A stretch of 64,000 bases of DNA from an uncultured Nitrososphaerota archaeon (GTDB lineage Archaea > Thermoproteota > Nitrososphaeria > Nitrososphaerales > Gagatemarchaeaceae): the NCBI GenBank assembly GCA_963718895.1, contig CAVRAG010000007.1, positions 640,001 through 704,000 on the forward strand, given 5' to 3'. Position numbers and translations under genes: made by a program. Of this stretch, positions 48,237 to 58,481 are shown in pieces (the stretch's first letter is position 1; each line of letters starts with the position of its first letter). Under the pieces are notes generated by a model. The model was not told the origin of the DNA. It saw only the letters and a list, made by a program, of their open reading frames with translations, and searched no databases.

Positions 48237-49397
48237 ATGGAGAACCGGAACGCTGTCGCGACTCTCATCACCGTCCAGTTCGTGTGCGCGATAAATTGGT
48301 ACAGTGTCTCTTCCGTCTTCTCACTCATCGCCTCGGACTTTCACCAGAATGTCTCCGGCCTCGGCTTGGTCACGGCCACGTTCGTGCTGGGGGTGGCGGT
48401 CTTCCAGCTCCCGGCAGGGTTGGTCGCAGCGAAGTACGGCCCCAGGAGGGCCCTGCTGCTCGGCACACTCCTCATTGCCTCCTCGTCCATCCTCATCGGC
48501 CTGGCGGACGCGGTCGTCTTCCTGACCGTACTGAGGTTCGTCGAGGGCGTCGGAGAGGCGTTCATCTTCGGACCCGGGGTCATCCTGATCATGAGGTACT
48601 TCAAGAAGGGGTCGGAGGGGCTCGGAATAGGCCTCTTCGGCGGAGCATTCGACGTCGGGGGAATCCTAGGTATCTCGGGATGGGCCGTGCTTGGTGACGT
48701 GGCAGGATGGAGGCTGAGCGTGGTCGCGGGAGGAGTCCTGGCACTCGGGGCATTCTCGCTCCTCGTCGTGATGGTTCCCAAAGACCCCGTCGTCGGCAGC
48801 CTCTCGATACGGTTCTCCGAGTTGAAGGGGATCATCCTGAACAGATGGCTGCTCATCGTGAGCGCCGGCCTCGTCGTCTCTCAGGTCGCGTTCGGCATCA
48901 ACAGCTACTTCATGGTGTACTATCTCGAAGAGAGCCTGAGGACGGGCGTGTACATCGCTGGAGCGATCGGAGGGCTCACCCTGGTTGCCTCGGTCATCGT
49001 CGCGCCGATCGTGGGGAGGGCCTTCGACAGGAGCCCGAGCCCGAAGACGATGCTGATCCTTCTCTGTCTTGCGGCGGCGGGCGGACTTGCGATAGCCGCC
49101 GTGAACTCGGTCTATGCCGCCCTGATCTCGGGCCTGGTCGTGGGAGTCGCGACCGCCGGGGCGTACGTCTTCGGGGTGGGCATCGGGAGGGCGATCGGCG
49201 GTTCGAGGAAGGAGTATGAGGCGCTCGGCATCTCCTGGATCAACGGGATAGCCCTCTTCGGCGGCGTCGTGATGCCGCTGGTCTTCTCGGTGACCGCGGC
49301 GGGGTTCGGATACCCTCTCGCCTGGGCGCTCTCGGGGGTCTTCCTGGTTCTGGTCACGGTGCCCCTGTTCGCGCTCAGAGGCGAAGCGGGGACCTAG
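48237..49397 (+). CDS. MFS transporter
   Basis: 12 TM; G..AAKYGPRR and LRFVEGVG motifs. Confidence 0.9.
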   Translation: MENRNAVATLITVQFVCAINWYSVSSVFSLIASDFHQNVSGLGLVTATFVLGVAVFQLPAGLVAAKYGPRRALLLGTLLIASSSILIGLADAVVFLTVLRFVEGVGEAFIFGPGVILIMRYFKKGSEGLGIGLFGGAFDVGGILGISGWAVLGDVAGWRLSVVAGGVLALGAFSLLVVMVPKDPVVGSLSIRFSELKGIILNRWLLIVSAGLVVSQVAFGINSYFMVYYLEESLRTGVYIAGAIGGLTLVASVIVAPIVGRAFDRSPSPKTMLILLCLAAAGGLAIAAVNSVYAALISGLVVGVATAGAYVFGVGIGRAIGGSRKEYEALGISWINGIALFGGVVMPLVFSVTAAGFGYPLAWALSGVFLVLVTVPLFALRGEAGT

Positions 49398-49530
49398 CGG
49401 CAGGCCGGATTGACAAGTCTGGGATGGTCCTCCGAATCATCGTGCGGCGATTCGCATAGTCTTTGGGACACGTCGCACGACCCAGGTCTGGCGCAATGCG
49501 AACGCCGGCCGAAGTCTGGGCGGAGAGAAG

Positions 49531-49962
49531 TCACTTCTTCGGCGTCTTGGCTTTCTCAGAAGGCCTCGCCGCAAGCTCCAGTCTCTCAGCGATTTCCGCT
49601 TCGCTCAAATCACTTATCGGAATGCTCTGGAGGTACCTGTATCGTTCCTCGGCTTTGTCAGGGGTGAGACTCTCCACCTTCTTGGTCGCTTCAACCTTCA
49701 GCTCCCTCGGGCTCGCTTTCTCCTGCTTCGCGTCTTGCCTGGAGTACTGGAGCTTCAGCGATTCGACCACCTCGAGATTCCTTCCGCTCGTCCACTTCTC
49801 AACGGTGCTCCTGAGGCTCGACCACTGCGACGGATTCATGTTGTCCGGAAACTGTAGAGTCCGATGCGCCTTGTCGTAGTTCGCGACCGTGAACCTCTTG
49901 TCCTGTAGGTGCTCTCGTAGTTCCTCGGCCAGCGCCTCTGACGGTAGCTCGATTTTCCTCAA
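49531..49962 (-). CDS. Hypothetical protein
   Basis: 143-aa charged ORF filling the gap. Confidence 0.5.
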   Translation of the reverse strand: MRKIELPSEALAEELREHLQDKRFTVANYDKAHRTLQFPDNMNPSQWSSLRSTVEKWTSGRNLEVVESLKLQYSRQDAKQEKASPRELKVEATKKVESLTPDKAEERYRYLQSIPISDLSEAEIAERLELAARPSEKAKTPKK

Positions 49963-50069
49963 TGCCTGCCCCGACTGACAATCTTGATGGTCCGTCCTGA
50001 TATGCTTTCCTTTCTCCTAGGCTGGCGGGAGATTCGTCTGGGTGAAACATCCTTTCATAACTTTCATCT

Positions 50070-50804
50070 ATGGGAAGGCCGGCTGTGAATCCATGGTCCC
50101 TGGCGTCGCTGAGTTCCAAGACCCTGCCCGGAGCGCTTAGAGGATGGTCGATCACAGTGGATGTCAGCTCTCTGTACCTTAGGGTCTTCCTGGGAGCCAA
50201 GTCCTTCGAGTCTCCCGAGCTCGACCAGCTCGCCGGACGGATGGACGCGCTGCGCCTGCTGGACGGAGACAACCAGGAGAGGTACTTTAGGACGAAGGCG
50301 AGCGTGGCGGCTATGAGCCTCGGCAACAAGATGCTCTTCGGGGCAAGGTATTACGATCGACTTGACGAGAGTCAGAGGCTCGCCGTCGGCGCGCACGAGT
50401 TTGCCCACATGCTGACGGGAGACCACTATCACGTAGGAAGGCGGGTGTCCATCCCGTCGCTGGCGGCAACGCTCCTGCTCACCCTGGGTGCCCTGCTGGC
50501 CACGGGTTCGATGCTGCTCGCGGAATTCGTGCTCGTCGCTGGCTTTCTATCCATATTTTACATCCTATCGAGGCGCGATGCGCAACTATCACAAGAGGAA
50601 GAGCGGAGATGCGACCGGATGGCCCTCTCATTCGTCGACGGACTGGACCTGATAGCAGCCATCGAGATGGGTGGCCGCCTGGGCGGCCGGAGGTCCGAGA
50701 GAAGTCCCCCTCAAGCCGCCGGCGTCAGGAGCAGTCCCAACCTGGAAGAGAGGATCGAAATGATCGGGAAGGCGCTCGCCGGGCGCGCATCTCAGCCTCC
50801 CTAG
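50070..50804 (+). CDS. M48-like zinc metalloprotease membrane protein
   Basis: HEFAH, two TM, EE..CD and P.LEERI motifs. Confidence 0.7.
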   Translation: MGRPAVNPWSLASLSSKTLPGALRGWSITVDVSSLYLRVFLGAKSFESPELDQLAGRMDALRLLDGDNQERYFRTKASVAAMSLGNKMLFGARYYDRLDESQRLAVGAHEFAHMLTGDHYHVGRRVSIPSLAATLLLTLGALLATGSMLLAEFVLVAGFLSIFYILSRRDAQLSQEEERRCDRMALSFVDGLDLIAAIEMGGRLGGRRSERSPPQAAGVRSSPNLEERIEMIGKALAGRASQPP

Positions 50805-50817
50805 GCCTCGACAGATC

Positions 50818-50991
50818 CTAGAGGGCTATCACCGTCCCGAATAGGAGAGCCAAGAGGAACAGCGCAAGGAAGACGACGAGGATGACCTTGGCTATCTCTA
50901 GTGTGAAGCCAGCTATCCCTCTGGCCCCGAGAGCGTACGCGATCAGAGCTATCACCAGGAAGACCACCGCCAGACCGAGCAGTGTTACCAA
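50818..50991 (-). CDS. DUF1328 (UPF0391) small membrane protein (below the ORF-track cutoff)
   Basis: Hand translation MVTLLGLAVVFLVIALIAYALGARGIAGFTLEIAKVILVVFLALFLLALLFGTVIAL* (57 aa). Confidence 0.82.
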   Translation of the reverse strand: MVTLLGLAVVFLVIALIAYALGARGIAGFTLEIAKVILVVFLALFLLALLFGTVIAL

Positions 50992-51240
50992 TTCGACTCT
51001 CTCCGAAGAGAGCTGTGTCCCATCTGGCTTAGTCGGTTTCTCTAGACCGCTCGCGAAAATTGTTCGGGGAGACCCCGATCGCCGTCATCTCATGAAGAAG
51101 TTGCTGACGTATTCTGAAGTCAGCGTGGCGGCCGATTGAAAGCTCGCGACACTTAGCGTTGGTGGCCGTTTCCGGTCAAGGGCAGGAGCACAAGAACTGG
51201 TTTAAGAGAGGTGAGAAACGTGACCTCTCGGGTCGACCCG

Positions 51241-52167
51241 ATGATTGCGCTCGAAGCCACGGACTTGACCAAGAAGTACAGAGGGTCGCAGAAGCCCGCC
51301 CTCGACAGGCTGAGCCTGAAGATCGAGGGAGGCCAGATATTCACGATCCTAGGTCGAAACGGGGCGGGAAAGACCACATTCCTGAGGATCGCCGGCACTC
51401 TGCTGATGCCCACGTCGGGCACGATCTCGGTGCTCGGTTTGGACGCGGTCAAGCAGGCGAAGGAGCTCAGGGAGCGCATAGCGGTCACTCCGCAAGAGGC
51501 GGATACGATATACCCGCTGACCGCCAGCGACCACGTGATGCTCGCCCTCCGCATGCGGGGGATGGACAAGTCCGTCGCCGTGGAGAAGACGCGGGCGGTC
51601 TTCGAAGAACTCGAGCTGACTGCGGTCGCCGACCAGAACTCCAGCTGGCTCTCGGGGGGCTTGAAGCAGCGGGTGATAGTGGCGATGGCGATCGCGACCG
51701 ACGCGGAGCTGATCTTTCTCGACGAACCTTCGGTCGGCCTGGATCCCGTGAACCGGAGAAGGGTCTGGGACCAGCTGACCCGCATGAAGCAGGAAGGAAA
51801 GACCATCATCCTGACGACGCACTACATGGACGAGGCGGACGCGCTATCTGACAACCTCGTGATAATCAACAAGGGCAGGCTCGTCGTCCAGGGGACCCCG
51901 CAGGGCGTCAAAGCGTCCTTCACGAACCGGAGCTCCCGCGTGGACGTCTACGACAAGTTCACGGAGCAGGACCTCAAGGCCTTCGGGCGGGTCGTCAAGG
52001 TCGCGAGCAGCTACCGGGTCATGACCGACGCCGCTGGCGCGAGGAGCCTCAGCGAAGAGGCCGTGGCGAGGGGTGCGAGCATAGCGATGAGCCCGGTGTC
52101 GCTCGACGACGTGTTCGTCGACATAGTCGGCGAGGCGGAGAAAGGGGAAAATGGATACGACGGCTAG
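51241..52167 (+). CDS. ABC exporter ATP-binding protein
   Basis: GRNGAGKTT, LSGG, LDEP and TTHY motifs. Confidence 0.95.
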   Translation: MIALEATDLTKKYRGSQKPALDRLSLKIEGGQIFTILGRNGAGKTTFLRIAGTLLMPTSGTISVLGLDAVKQAKELRERIAVTPQEADTIYPLTASDHVMLALRMRGMDKSVAVEKTRAVFEELELTAVADQNSSWLSGGLKQRVIVAMAIATDAELIFLDEPSVGLDPVNRRRVWDQLTRMKQEGKTIILTTHYMDEADALSDNLVIINKGRLVVQGTPQGVKASFTNRSSRVDVYDKFTEQDLKAFGRVVKVASSYRVMTDAAGARSLSEEAVARGASIAMSPVSLDDVFVDIVGEAEKGENGYDG

Positions 52168-52894
52168 GAGGAGGCTGAAGTCGCTCTGGGCGATAATGTA
52201 CTACCTCGGGTTCACTCCGATCATGAGGAACCCTCTCTTCATCCCGTTCGTCTTCTCGTCCCCGTTCACGCTGCTCTTCATACTCTTCGTGGCGAGCAAC
52301 GGGGCCGCGCTCCCCTACGGGCTGGCCGGGGCGCTGACCATGGTCACCACCCAGCTCGGGCTCTTCGTCGGGACGGACCTGGCTTCTTACAAGATCCAGA
52401 ACAAATTTCAGGATGTCGTCGTGGCTTCTCCGGTCTCTCCCCTCACCTACCTGTTCGGGGTGGCCATCTCGGAGCTGATCTTCGGTTCCCCCGCCCTCGT
52501 CGTGCTATTCGGCCTGATGGCGTGGCACGGAGCTTCGGCGGCCGCGCTGGCCACTTCGCTGGGGGTCGTCGCCCTCCTCTGGGTGACCGTGACAACCCTG
52601 GGTTTCTTTTTCTCGGCATATGCTCCGAACACCCAGAACGCGTTCATCATAAACGGGTTCATAGCGACGATACTCTCCGTGCTGCCGCCCGTCTACTACT
52701 CGATCTCGGTCCTTCCGCACTTCCTCGTCCCGATTGCTGAGATCATCCCAACTACGGAGGCAGCCTCGCTCTTCCAGGGCGCGATAGGGCTCGGCTACTC
52801 GATCAACCCCGTCTACAGCTTCATCATCCTCCTCGCTGCAACGGTGCTGCTCGTGCTTCTGGTCTCGTTCAAGATGAAGTGGCGCGAGACATAA
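52151..52894 (+). CDS. ABC-2 type permease
   Basis: 6 TM; ASPVS..Y and PVYY..LP motifs; overlaps the ATPase gene. Confidence 0.88.
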   Translation: MDTTARRRLKSLWAIMYYLGFTPIMRNPLFIPFVFSSPFTLLFILFVASNGAALPYGLAGALTMVTTQLGLFVGTDLASYKIQNKFQDVVVASPVSPLTYLFGVAISELIFGSPALVVLFGLMAWHGASAAALATSLGVVALLWVTVTTLGFFFSAYAPNTQNAFIINGFIATILSVLPPVYYSISVLPHFLVPIAEIIPTTEAASLFQGAIGLGYSINPVYSFIILLAATVLLVLLVSFKMKWRET

Positions 52895-52926
52895 GGTAGG
52901 TCACCGGCCTCGGCAACAAAAGTGTG

Positions 52927-53589
52927 CTAGCGATGAGGATCACAGAACCTTCGGACGTATTCCTGTGTCAAGCCTGCGGCAGCCTCCAGAGCTGGGTCGT
53001 CTATGCCGGGGACCCCGCACATCATGAAGAGGACTTTGGTCGTGTTCTCAGTCACCTTGCTGGCGTCCGAGTCCCTGTACGGGTACACCGCGATGAGATT
53101 GTGCAGACTCTGGTCTTCGACGACGACCTCGACTCCCGATAGTGAGTCAGGCGACGCCATCCCTATTCCGTGGAAAGGCTCGCCCTTCACCGCCTTTCTC
53201 ATTATCAAGGCGTCCTCCCTCACCCTAGACAGGTCGAAGGCAGCTATCGCTATGGAGGTCTCCACCGAGACGAGATTGTAGGCGTCGACGAGGGTGTTGA
53301 TTCGAGGAAGGTCCCTTCCCCCCAGGACCCTCCTCGTCAGAGCCTCTCCGGCTGGCCGAAGCTTCGTCGGATCGATGCCCACCCTCCAGAAGAAATCCCG
53401 ATAGGCCCTGAAGACGGGCTGGTTCTTGACCTCCTCGAGGGAGGCCGTCCGACGACGGACTCGATCCTGCACCTCGAGCTTGAACGACTCCAGGTTCGGG
53501 TCGGAGCTCCTCACGGTCAGATCCTGCATCTTCAGCTCGACCACCCTCAGCCCGGGGAAAGCCGACCGAAGCTCTGGGGAAAGTTCCAT
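52927..53589 (-). CDS. Stand-alone B3/B4 (tRNA-editing) domain protein
   Basis: AYRDFFW..GIDPTK.RP..EAL.RR and INTLVDAYN motifs. Confidence 0.9.
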   Translation of the reverse strand: MELSPELRSAFPGLRVVELKMQDLTVRSSDPNLESFKLEVQDRVRRRTASLEEVKNQPVFRAYRDFFWRVGIDPTKLRPAGEALTRRVLGGRDLPRINTLVDAYNLVSVETSIAIAAFDLSRVREDALIMRKAVKGEPFHGIGMASPDSLSGVEVVVEDQSLHNLIAVYPYRDSDASKVTENTTKVLFMMCGVPGIDDPALEAAAGLTQEYVRRFCDPHR

Positions 53590-53651
53590 CCTTCATTGGA
53601 TGACACTCCGCTCATAAATAGAATCGCGCGTCGTAAATATCAATATTGTTA

Positions 53652-53669
53652 TATAGCGTATCTGTTATA
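53652..53669. promoter_or_regulatory. Imperfect palindrome TATAGC-N6-GTTATA, candidate ArsR autoregulatory site
   Basis: Overlaps the AT-rich promoter of the VOC-ArsR-SRPBCC operon. Confidence 0.4.
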
Positions 53670-53678
53670 CTATGACCC

Positions 53679-54089
53679 ATGGATGGGAAAGTGGCTCAGA
53701 TAACGGTCGTTGTGAGGAATCAAGAGGCGGCACTAGACTTCTACACAGAGAAGGTCGGTTTCGAGAAGAAGACCGACTTCACCCCGCCTGGAAGCTACAG
53801 ATGGGTCACCGTTGGCCCCAAAGGGCAGGACCTCGAGCTGGCGCTCTTCCAGGCCGGGATCGCAGACGCCAACAGCTGGTCGAGCCATTGGCGGCCAGGC
53901 AGCGCTCCCCCGATCGTCCTCCGCGTCGACGACTGCAGCAAGGTCTTTGTGGAGCTGAGGTCCCGCGGAGTGGAGTTCAAGCAAGCCCAGCCTGAGGAGT
54001 ATGCCTGGGGTATCTCCGCGACGTTCGCCGACCCCGATGGGAACCTCTTCTCAATCAACCAACGACGGTCATCCGCTTCCCGGTCCTAG
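53679..54089 (+). CDS. VOC/glyoxalase family protein
   Basis: ALDFYTEKVGF, RWVTV and FADPDGN motifs. Confidence 0.9.
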   Translation: MDGKVAQITVVVRNQEAALDFYTEKVGFEKKTDFTPPGSYRWVTVGPKGQDLELALFQAGIADANSWSSHWRPGSAPPIVLRVDDCSKVFVELRSRGVEFKQAQPEEYAWGISATFADPDGNLFSINQRRSSASRS

Positions 54090-54094
54090 AGACC

Positions 54095-54460
54095 ATGTCA
54101 CAAGAGGCTGAGGTCGAAAGTAACGCGGTCTTCGCGGCCGTGTCGAACCCGAGCCGCCGGAGAATCCTGGACCTCCTCAAGGCCGGTGGACGACCTGCAG
54201 GAGACCTGGTCGCGGCCTTTCCTGACCTCCCGCAGCCGGCCATCTCCAGGCACCTAAGGATCCTCCGCGAGGCCGGCCTCGTAACCGTGCTACCGAAGGC
54301 CCAGCAGCGCATCTACTCGCTTCGGCCCATGAAGCTCCGCGGCGTGGATGCCTGGGTTTCGCTCTACCGCGAGTTCTGGTCGAGCCGCCTCGATTCGCTA
54401 GCAACGCACCTGGATGGATCTGACGATGGAGATGCCAGTAGACGAAGGGAGGAGAAGTGA
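54095..54460 (+). CDS. ArsR-family regulator
   Basis: F.A..P.RRRIL, QPAISRHL..L..AGLV and FW..RLD.L motifs. Confidence 0.92.
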   Translation: MSQEAEVESNAVFAAVSNPSRRRILDLLKAGGRPAGDLVAAFPDLPQPAISRHLRILREAGLVTVLPKAQQRIYSLRPMKLRGVDAWVSLYREFWSSRLDSLATHLDGSDDGDASRRREEK

Positions 54461-55134
54461 TGCCGCGAGATGAATTCGGTCCGATGGGAGCGGTCGTCGG
54501 AGAGGGGGCGTGGGCTACTCTCGTGTTCCGACGCCGACTCACGCACCCTCCCGAGAGGGTCTGGAGGGCCCTCACAGACCCGGCCGAACTGTCGGGCTGG
54601 TACATGACCAAGGCGACCATCGACGGACGCGAAGGAGGCAGCGTTGACCTCCTTGCAGGACCCTCGCGGTTGCACGTCACCGGCCGGATTCTGACCTGGG
54701 ACCCGCCTTGGACTTTCGAGCACGAATGGAAGGTCTCACCTCGGCCCGAGCTCCCGTCGGGCGAAGACGGTGTCATCAGGTGGGAGCTGAGCAGGGACGG
54801 AGGCGGGACCATACTGCACCTGGAACACAGGAAGCTCAACCGTCAGACCGCGCTCGGCTTCGCCCCGGGGACGCACGCGTTTCTGGACCGGCTCTCGGCC
54901 CACCTGGGTCAAGAGTCATTGCCGAACTGGCAGGAACGGTACCAGCAGGTGGCCCCCCAGTATCCCCCTTCGTGGCTGACGCGCTCAGGACCGGGACCCG
55001 GGCGCATCGCCCCTGTGAGACAGGTTGAAGACCCGGCGGCGTCTGCCCTGACTCCGAGACACAACCAGGGGCGGAGGGCCGTGCCCCTCAGTTCCCGTAG
55101 ACATCCTGGTTCTGTTGGATGTGAAGGGCCGTGA
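54457..55134 (+). CDS. SRPBCC/AHA1-domain protein
   Basis: PPERVWRALTDP and G.H..LD.L motifs; the C-terminal tail is uncertain. Confidence 0.85.
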   Translation: MMPRDEFGPMGAVVGEGAWATLVFRRRLTHPPERVWRALTDPAELSGWYMTKATIDGREGGSVDLLAGPSRLHVTGRILTWDPPWTFEHEWKVSPRPELPSGEDGVIRWELSRDGGGTILHLEHRKLNRQTALGFAPGTHAFLDRLSAHLGQESLPNWQERYQQVAPQYPPSWLTRSGPGPGRIAPVRQVEDPAASALTPRHNQGRRAVPLSSRRHPGSVGCEGP

Positions 55135-55477
55135 AGGTGGGAATAGCCGCGGTGATGAATGCCGCATCCAGGATTCCTTCGTAGATGGGAAGCTGGAGCG
55201 CCTGGGTCACGTCCCACGAGAGATCGAAGACCGTGAGGGCGAGGATGAAGGCGTAGAGGGTCAGCCTGAACCCCTTGTTCCGCACGAACAGAGCGACTAC
55301 GACTATCGCGGCGCTAATCGCCAGGAACGACCCGAGGCAGTATGGAAGGGATATCTGAGACAGAGGGTTGAGCTCCCTTCCTCCGTTCGAGAGTACGAAG
55401 AGGGTGACCCCGGCGACCGAGACCTTCAGGACAAGCGCGGCGAGGACCATCTCCCCTGCCAGCCTCTCGACGTGCAT
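55088..55477 (-). CDS. 4-TM membrane protein (DUF5658-like)
   Basis: GGRELNPL after the first TM. Confidence 0.5.
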   Translation of the reverse strand: MHVERLAGEMVLAALVLKVSVAGVTLFVLSNGGRELNPLSQISLPYCLGSFLAISAAIVVVALFVRNKGFRLTLYAFILALTVFDLSWDVTQALQLPIYEGILDAAFITAAIPTFTALHIQQNQDVYGN

Positions 55478-55992
55478 GGCGCGGCGCGGATGCAATCTGC
55501 TCCGATCCGCAACTGCGCCATCGATCAACCGCATCCACGAAAAAATGCCGAAGAAACAGCGCTTTTAACCACGTCATACGATTGCCACAACTGAGAACCA
55601 CACCCCGAGCGTGGGCGTGGTTCTTGACTCGTTCAGCCGAGGCGTCTCGTGAGTCTAGGCGAAACTGCCCCTGGCGCATCCTCTTCTCGCTGACGCCAGC
55701 CCTCCCAGCGTGGGCAGAAGCGCCGCGGCGATGGCTCCAGGCCCGAGGTATGTCCAAGAGATCGAGGAAGAGGAACTGGTGGAGGTAGTCGTGGTGTTTG
55801 GCGAAGAGGAGGCGAGGAGGTCGTCATGTGAGAGGATGTGGTCGAAGCGGGGAACACCACTTTGGACGCACCCCGAACTTGAGATGTTGGTCGTCGGAAT
55901 ATCCTCCGAGGCGGAGCACCTCAGGGGTGGAGGCGCGGGCCTGCCTCGTTGCGGTAGCCCGCGATTCCCCCGGCCCTGCTAGCGGTCCGCGC

Positions 55993-57087
55993 TCAGGTGG
56001 CGGCCAGGCCCGTCGCCGAACCTGGCAGTCCCGTCGCCGAAGATGTCTGTGCGATGCTTCCATCCTGGTAGACCTGGAAGGTCGTTATCGACCCACCGTT
56101 CAGGACATACAGGAGGGGGATGTGGTTGTTGCCGCCGAAGGCAAGGTCGAGGGTTGGGATGGACGTCTTGGCTGCGACGGAGCTGAAGAGACCCATCATT
56201 CCGTTCTCGGAGACCGCGTAGCCGGAGATCGTCCCTCCGTGGGCGTTGCTCGCATACACGTAATCCCCGTTAGGTGAGACGGCGACCCAGCACGGGGCAA
56301 GCCCGAAGTCAGGTATCGAGCCGCTCAGCGTCCGCAGGCTGCCACCGTCGGAGACAGCGTAGGAAGAGAGCGTCCCTGCCGCAGCCTCGCTCACGATCAG
56401 GTAGCCCTGCGGAGTGAAGGCGAAGCCGTAAGGGCCTGCCGAGTTCGAGGGCGTGATGGTCGGAGCGGACGGAACCGCCGACTTCCCGACAGAGTAGGTG
56501 TCGATCACTCCTGCTGCCTTCTCGGTGACGACGAGGACGTTCCCGTTGTTGCTGAACCCTATCTGCTCGGGAGAGGTGTTCGCAGCACCGCTCAGGGGTT
56601 GAACCGAGCCCGGGATGAAGGTCAGCGCTCCGCTGCCACTGAGGGCGAAGCCCGCGATGTTCCCGGGGACCGTCGACGTGCCGTTGTCCAGGACATAGAC
56701 CAGGTTCCCGTGCGTTGTGACACTTATCGGAACGTTGCCTTGGGAGCCGGTCACGCTCGCGAAGGTGAGGCTGCCGTCGGTGTTCACCCTGAAGACCGTT
56801 ATCTGGTTGCTCCCTGCGTCGACGACGAGGAGCCACTGTCCGTTCTCAGTCAGCGTGACCGCACCCTGGCTTGCGAGCTTCGATCCGGTGCCGCTGCCGT
56901 GGGTGGAGTATGTCCCTGCCAGACTCAGGACACCGTTGGGCCCCGCTTGGAACTGCAGGACGGAATTTGCCGCGGAGTTGTCTATTGTATAGACAGCCCC
57001 TACCTTTGCTGCGTTGGCCGTCGCCAGCAGCGGAGAAGCCGCCAGGATGGCCAGAACTAGAGTCAGACCCGCTAGAATCAGTTTCAT
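55993..57087 (-). CDS. Secreted lactonase-family beta-propeller protein
   Basis: Sec signal ending ANA; repeated blades with AGSNQIT, P.SVT, GPYGFAF and APCWV. Confidence 0.8.
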   Translation of the reverse strand: MKLILAGLTLVLAILAASPLLATANAAKVGAVYTIDNSAANSVLQFQAGPNGVLSLAGTYSTHGSGTGSKLASQGAVTLTENGQWLLVVDAGSNQITVFRVNTDGSLTFASVTGSQGNVPISVTTHGNLVYVLDNGTSTVPGNIAGFALSGSGALTFIPGSVQPLSGAANTSPEQIGFSNNGNVLVVTEKAAGVIDTYSVGKSAVPSAPTITPSNSAGPYGFAFTPQGYLIVSEAAAGTLSSYAVSDGGSLRTLSGSIPDFGLAPCWVAVSPNGDYVYASNAHGGTISGYAVSENGMMGLFSSVAAKTSIPTLDLAFGGNNHIPLLYVLNGGSITTFQVYQDGSIAQTSSATGLPGSATGLAAT

Positions 57088-57227
57088 GGTCCCTCGAAAG
57101 GTGAGCCAAATCTATTATAGCGTTTTTCAAGATTGGTTACAAATTAGTTCCAAAAGTATCCGTGGACGCATCCCTATTCCAGCGAGGGCGGGGTTCGAAC
57201 GGCGCGTCCTTCCCGGGCGATGACGAG

Positions 57228-57509
57228 CTACAAGGTTATCTTCAGGAGCGCCGCCAGGCCGAAGAACTCGAGGACGGAAATCACCGAGAGGTATGGAAGG
57301 GCCTCGCTCCCGAAGAAAGGGGCCATCGCGGAGTACGAATACACGGTCAGGAGGCTGTTCGAGAGCAGGAGAAGAGCGAAGAACATCATGCCCACCGAAT
57401 GAGCAGCCCTGCTCTTGACTGCGATCCGCGTGTAGAAGTACAGCAGGGCGACGAGTACGCCGGCATTGAGGCCTGAGAAGAGGATTGCCACCTCCATTAG
57501 AGTTTCCAA
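57228..57509 (-). CDS. Small 3-TM protein
   Basis: Hydrophobic 93-aa ORF divergent from the wHTH gene. Confidence 0.7.
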   Translation of the reverse strand: METLMEVAILFSGLNAGVLVALLYFYTRIAVKSRAAHSVGMMFFALLLLSNSLLTVYSYSAMAPFFGSEALPYLSVISVLEFFGLAALLKITL

Positions 57510-57626
57510 AATCGTTGTCCTTGAGTCTGTGAGCCCGCTTTTGGCTTCGAACGTATAAGTCTATTTCAAGATTGGGGAGGAAGATTTGCTCCAACGATTA
57601 AATATAATGAATCGTTCGCGGACCTC

Positions 57627-57941
57627 GTGCAGGACAACCCGGACCTGCGTCGCCTCCTGTGGTACTTTCTTGGCGCGACCAGGGGTGGAGAGACCAGGGC
57701 GCGGCTCATCCACCAGCTCAGGACCAAGCCCGGGAACATGAACCAGCTCTCGAAGCGGATAGGAGTGGAGTACAGGACGGTACAGCACCACATGGAGATC
57801 CTGAAGAAGAACGCCCTCGTGGATTCGACCGGGGAGTCCTACGGGGTGACCTACTTCCTCACTCCGTGGCTTGAATCCCACATCGAGATCTTCGACGACC
57901 TCTGCGTCAAGCTCAACTTCAAGCTTGACGAGCAGAGATGA
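57627..57941 (+). CDS. Archaeal ArsR-like winged-helix protein
   Basis: RRLLWY..TRGG.TR, N.NQLS, YRTVQHH and YG..YF motifs. Confidence 0.85.
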   Translation: MQDNPDLRRLLWYFLGATRGGETRARLIHQLRTKPGNMNQLSKRIGVEYRTVQHHMEILKKNALVDSTGESYGVTYFLTPWLESHIEIFDDLCVKLNFKLDEQR

Positions 57942-58029
57942 AGGGGCCTTCACGAACCCGACCCAGGTGCGGGTCGTTCTTGGTCTTAAACGGTTAAATC
58001 ACATATGTTGTCTAGCCTCTTGCGTGGAG

Positions 58030-58481
58030 ATGGCCGCTGGGATCGGAGAGGTAAGGAAGCACCTCGCCTGGTCCAACACCACCGTAGCCATATTCTCGTT
58101 CTCCGCCGCGGTCATTGTTCTAGTTGGGTCCTATGCTGCCTACGGCTCGGGGGGCTAGGTAGCGCCATCTTCTCAGAAGCACAGACTGTGGTGGAGATAC
58201 TCTTCTTCCTCATGGTCTTCCAAGGTGCGTACTATCTCCTCGTCACCAGGGGCATGTTCCAGCTCTCGGCCGAGGTGAGTGTTTACTCGGTCATCGATGC
58301 TGAGAGCACGTATTTCATCGCGTTTTCTGCCGCAGCGTCATCCTGCGTGTACATTGTTTCCGTGGTCGGGCACTTCTCCAACAGCGTATCTGCTCTGACC
58401 GCAGCCACAATTCTGGGATTGTTGTTCGTCATTCAGCTGGCCTACGTGACCATAAGTGGGAGACGTGAAGGTCGGAAGTAG
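58030..58481 (+). pseudogene. Membrane protein frameshifted at the G6 run 58149-58154
   Basis: Adding one G joins MAAGIGE..YGSGG to LGSAIFSEAQ.., giving a continuous 4-TM protein. Confidence 0.55.
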
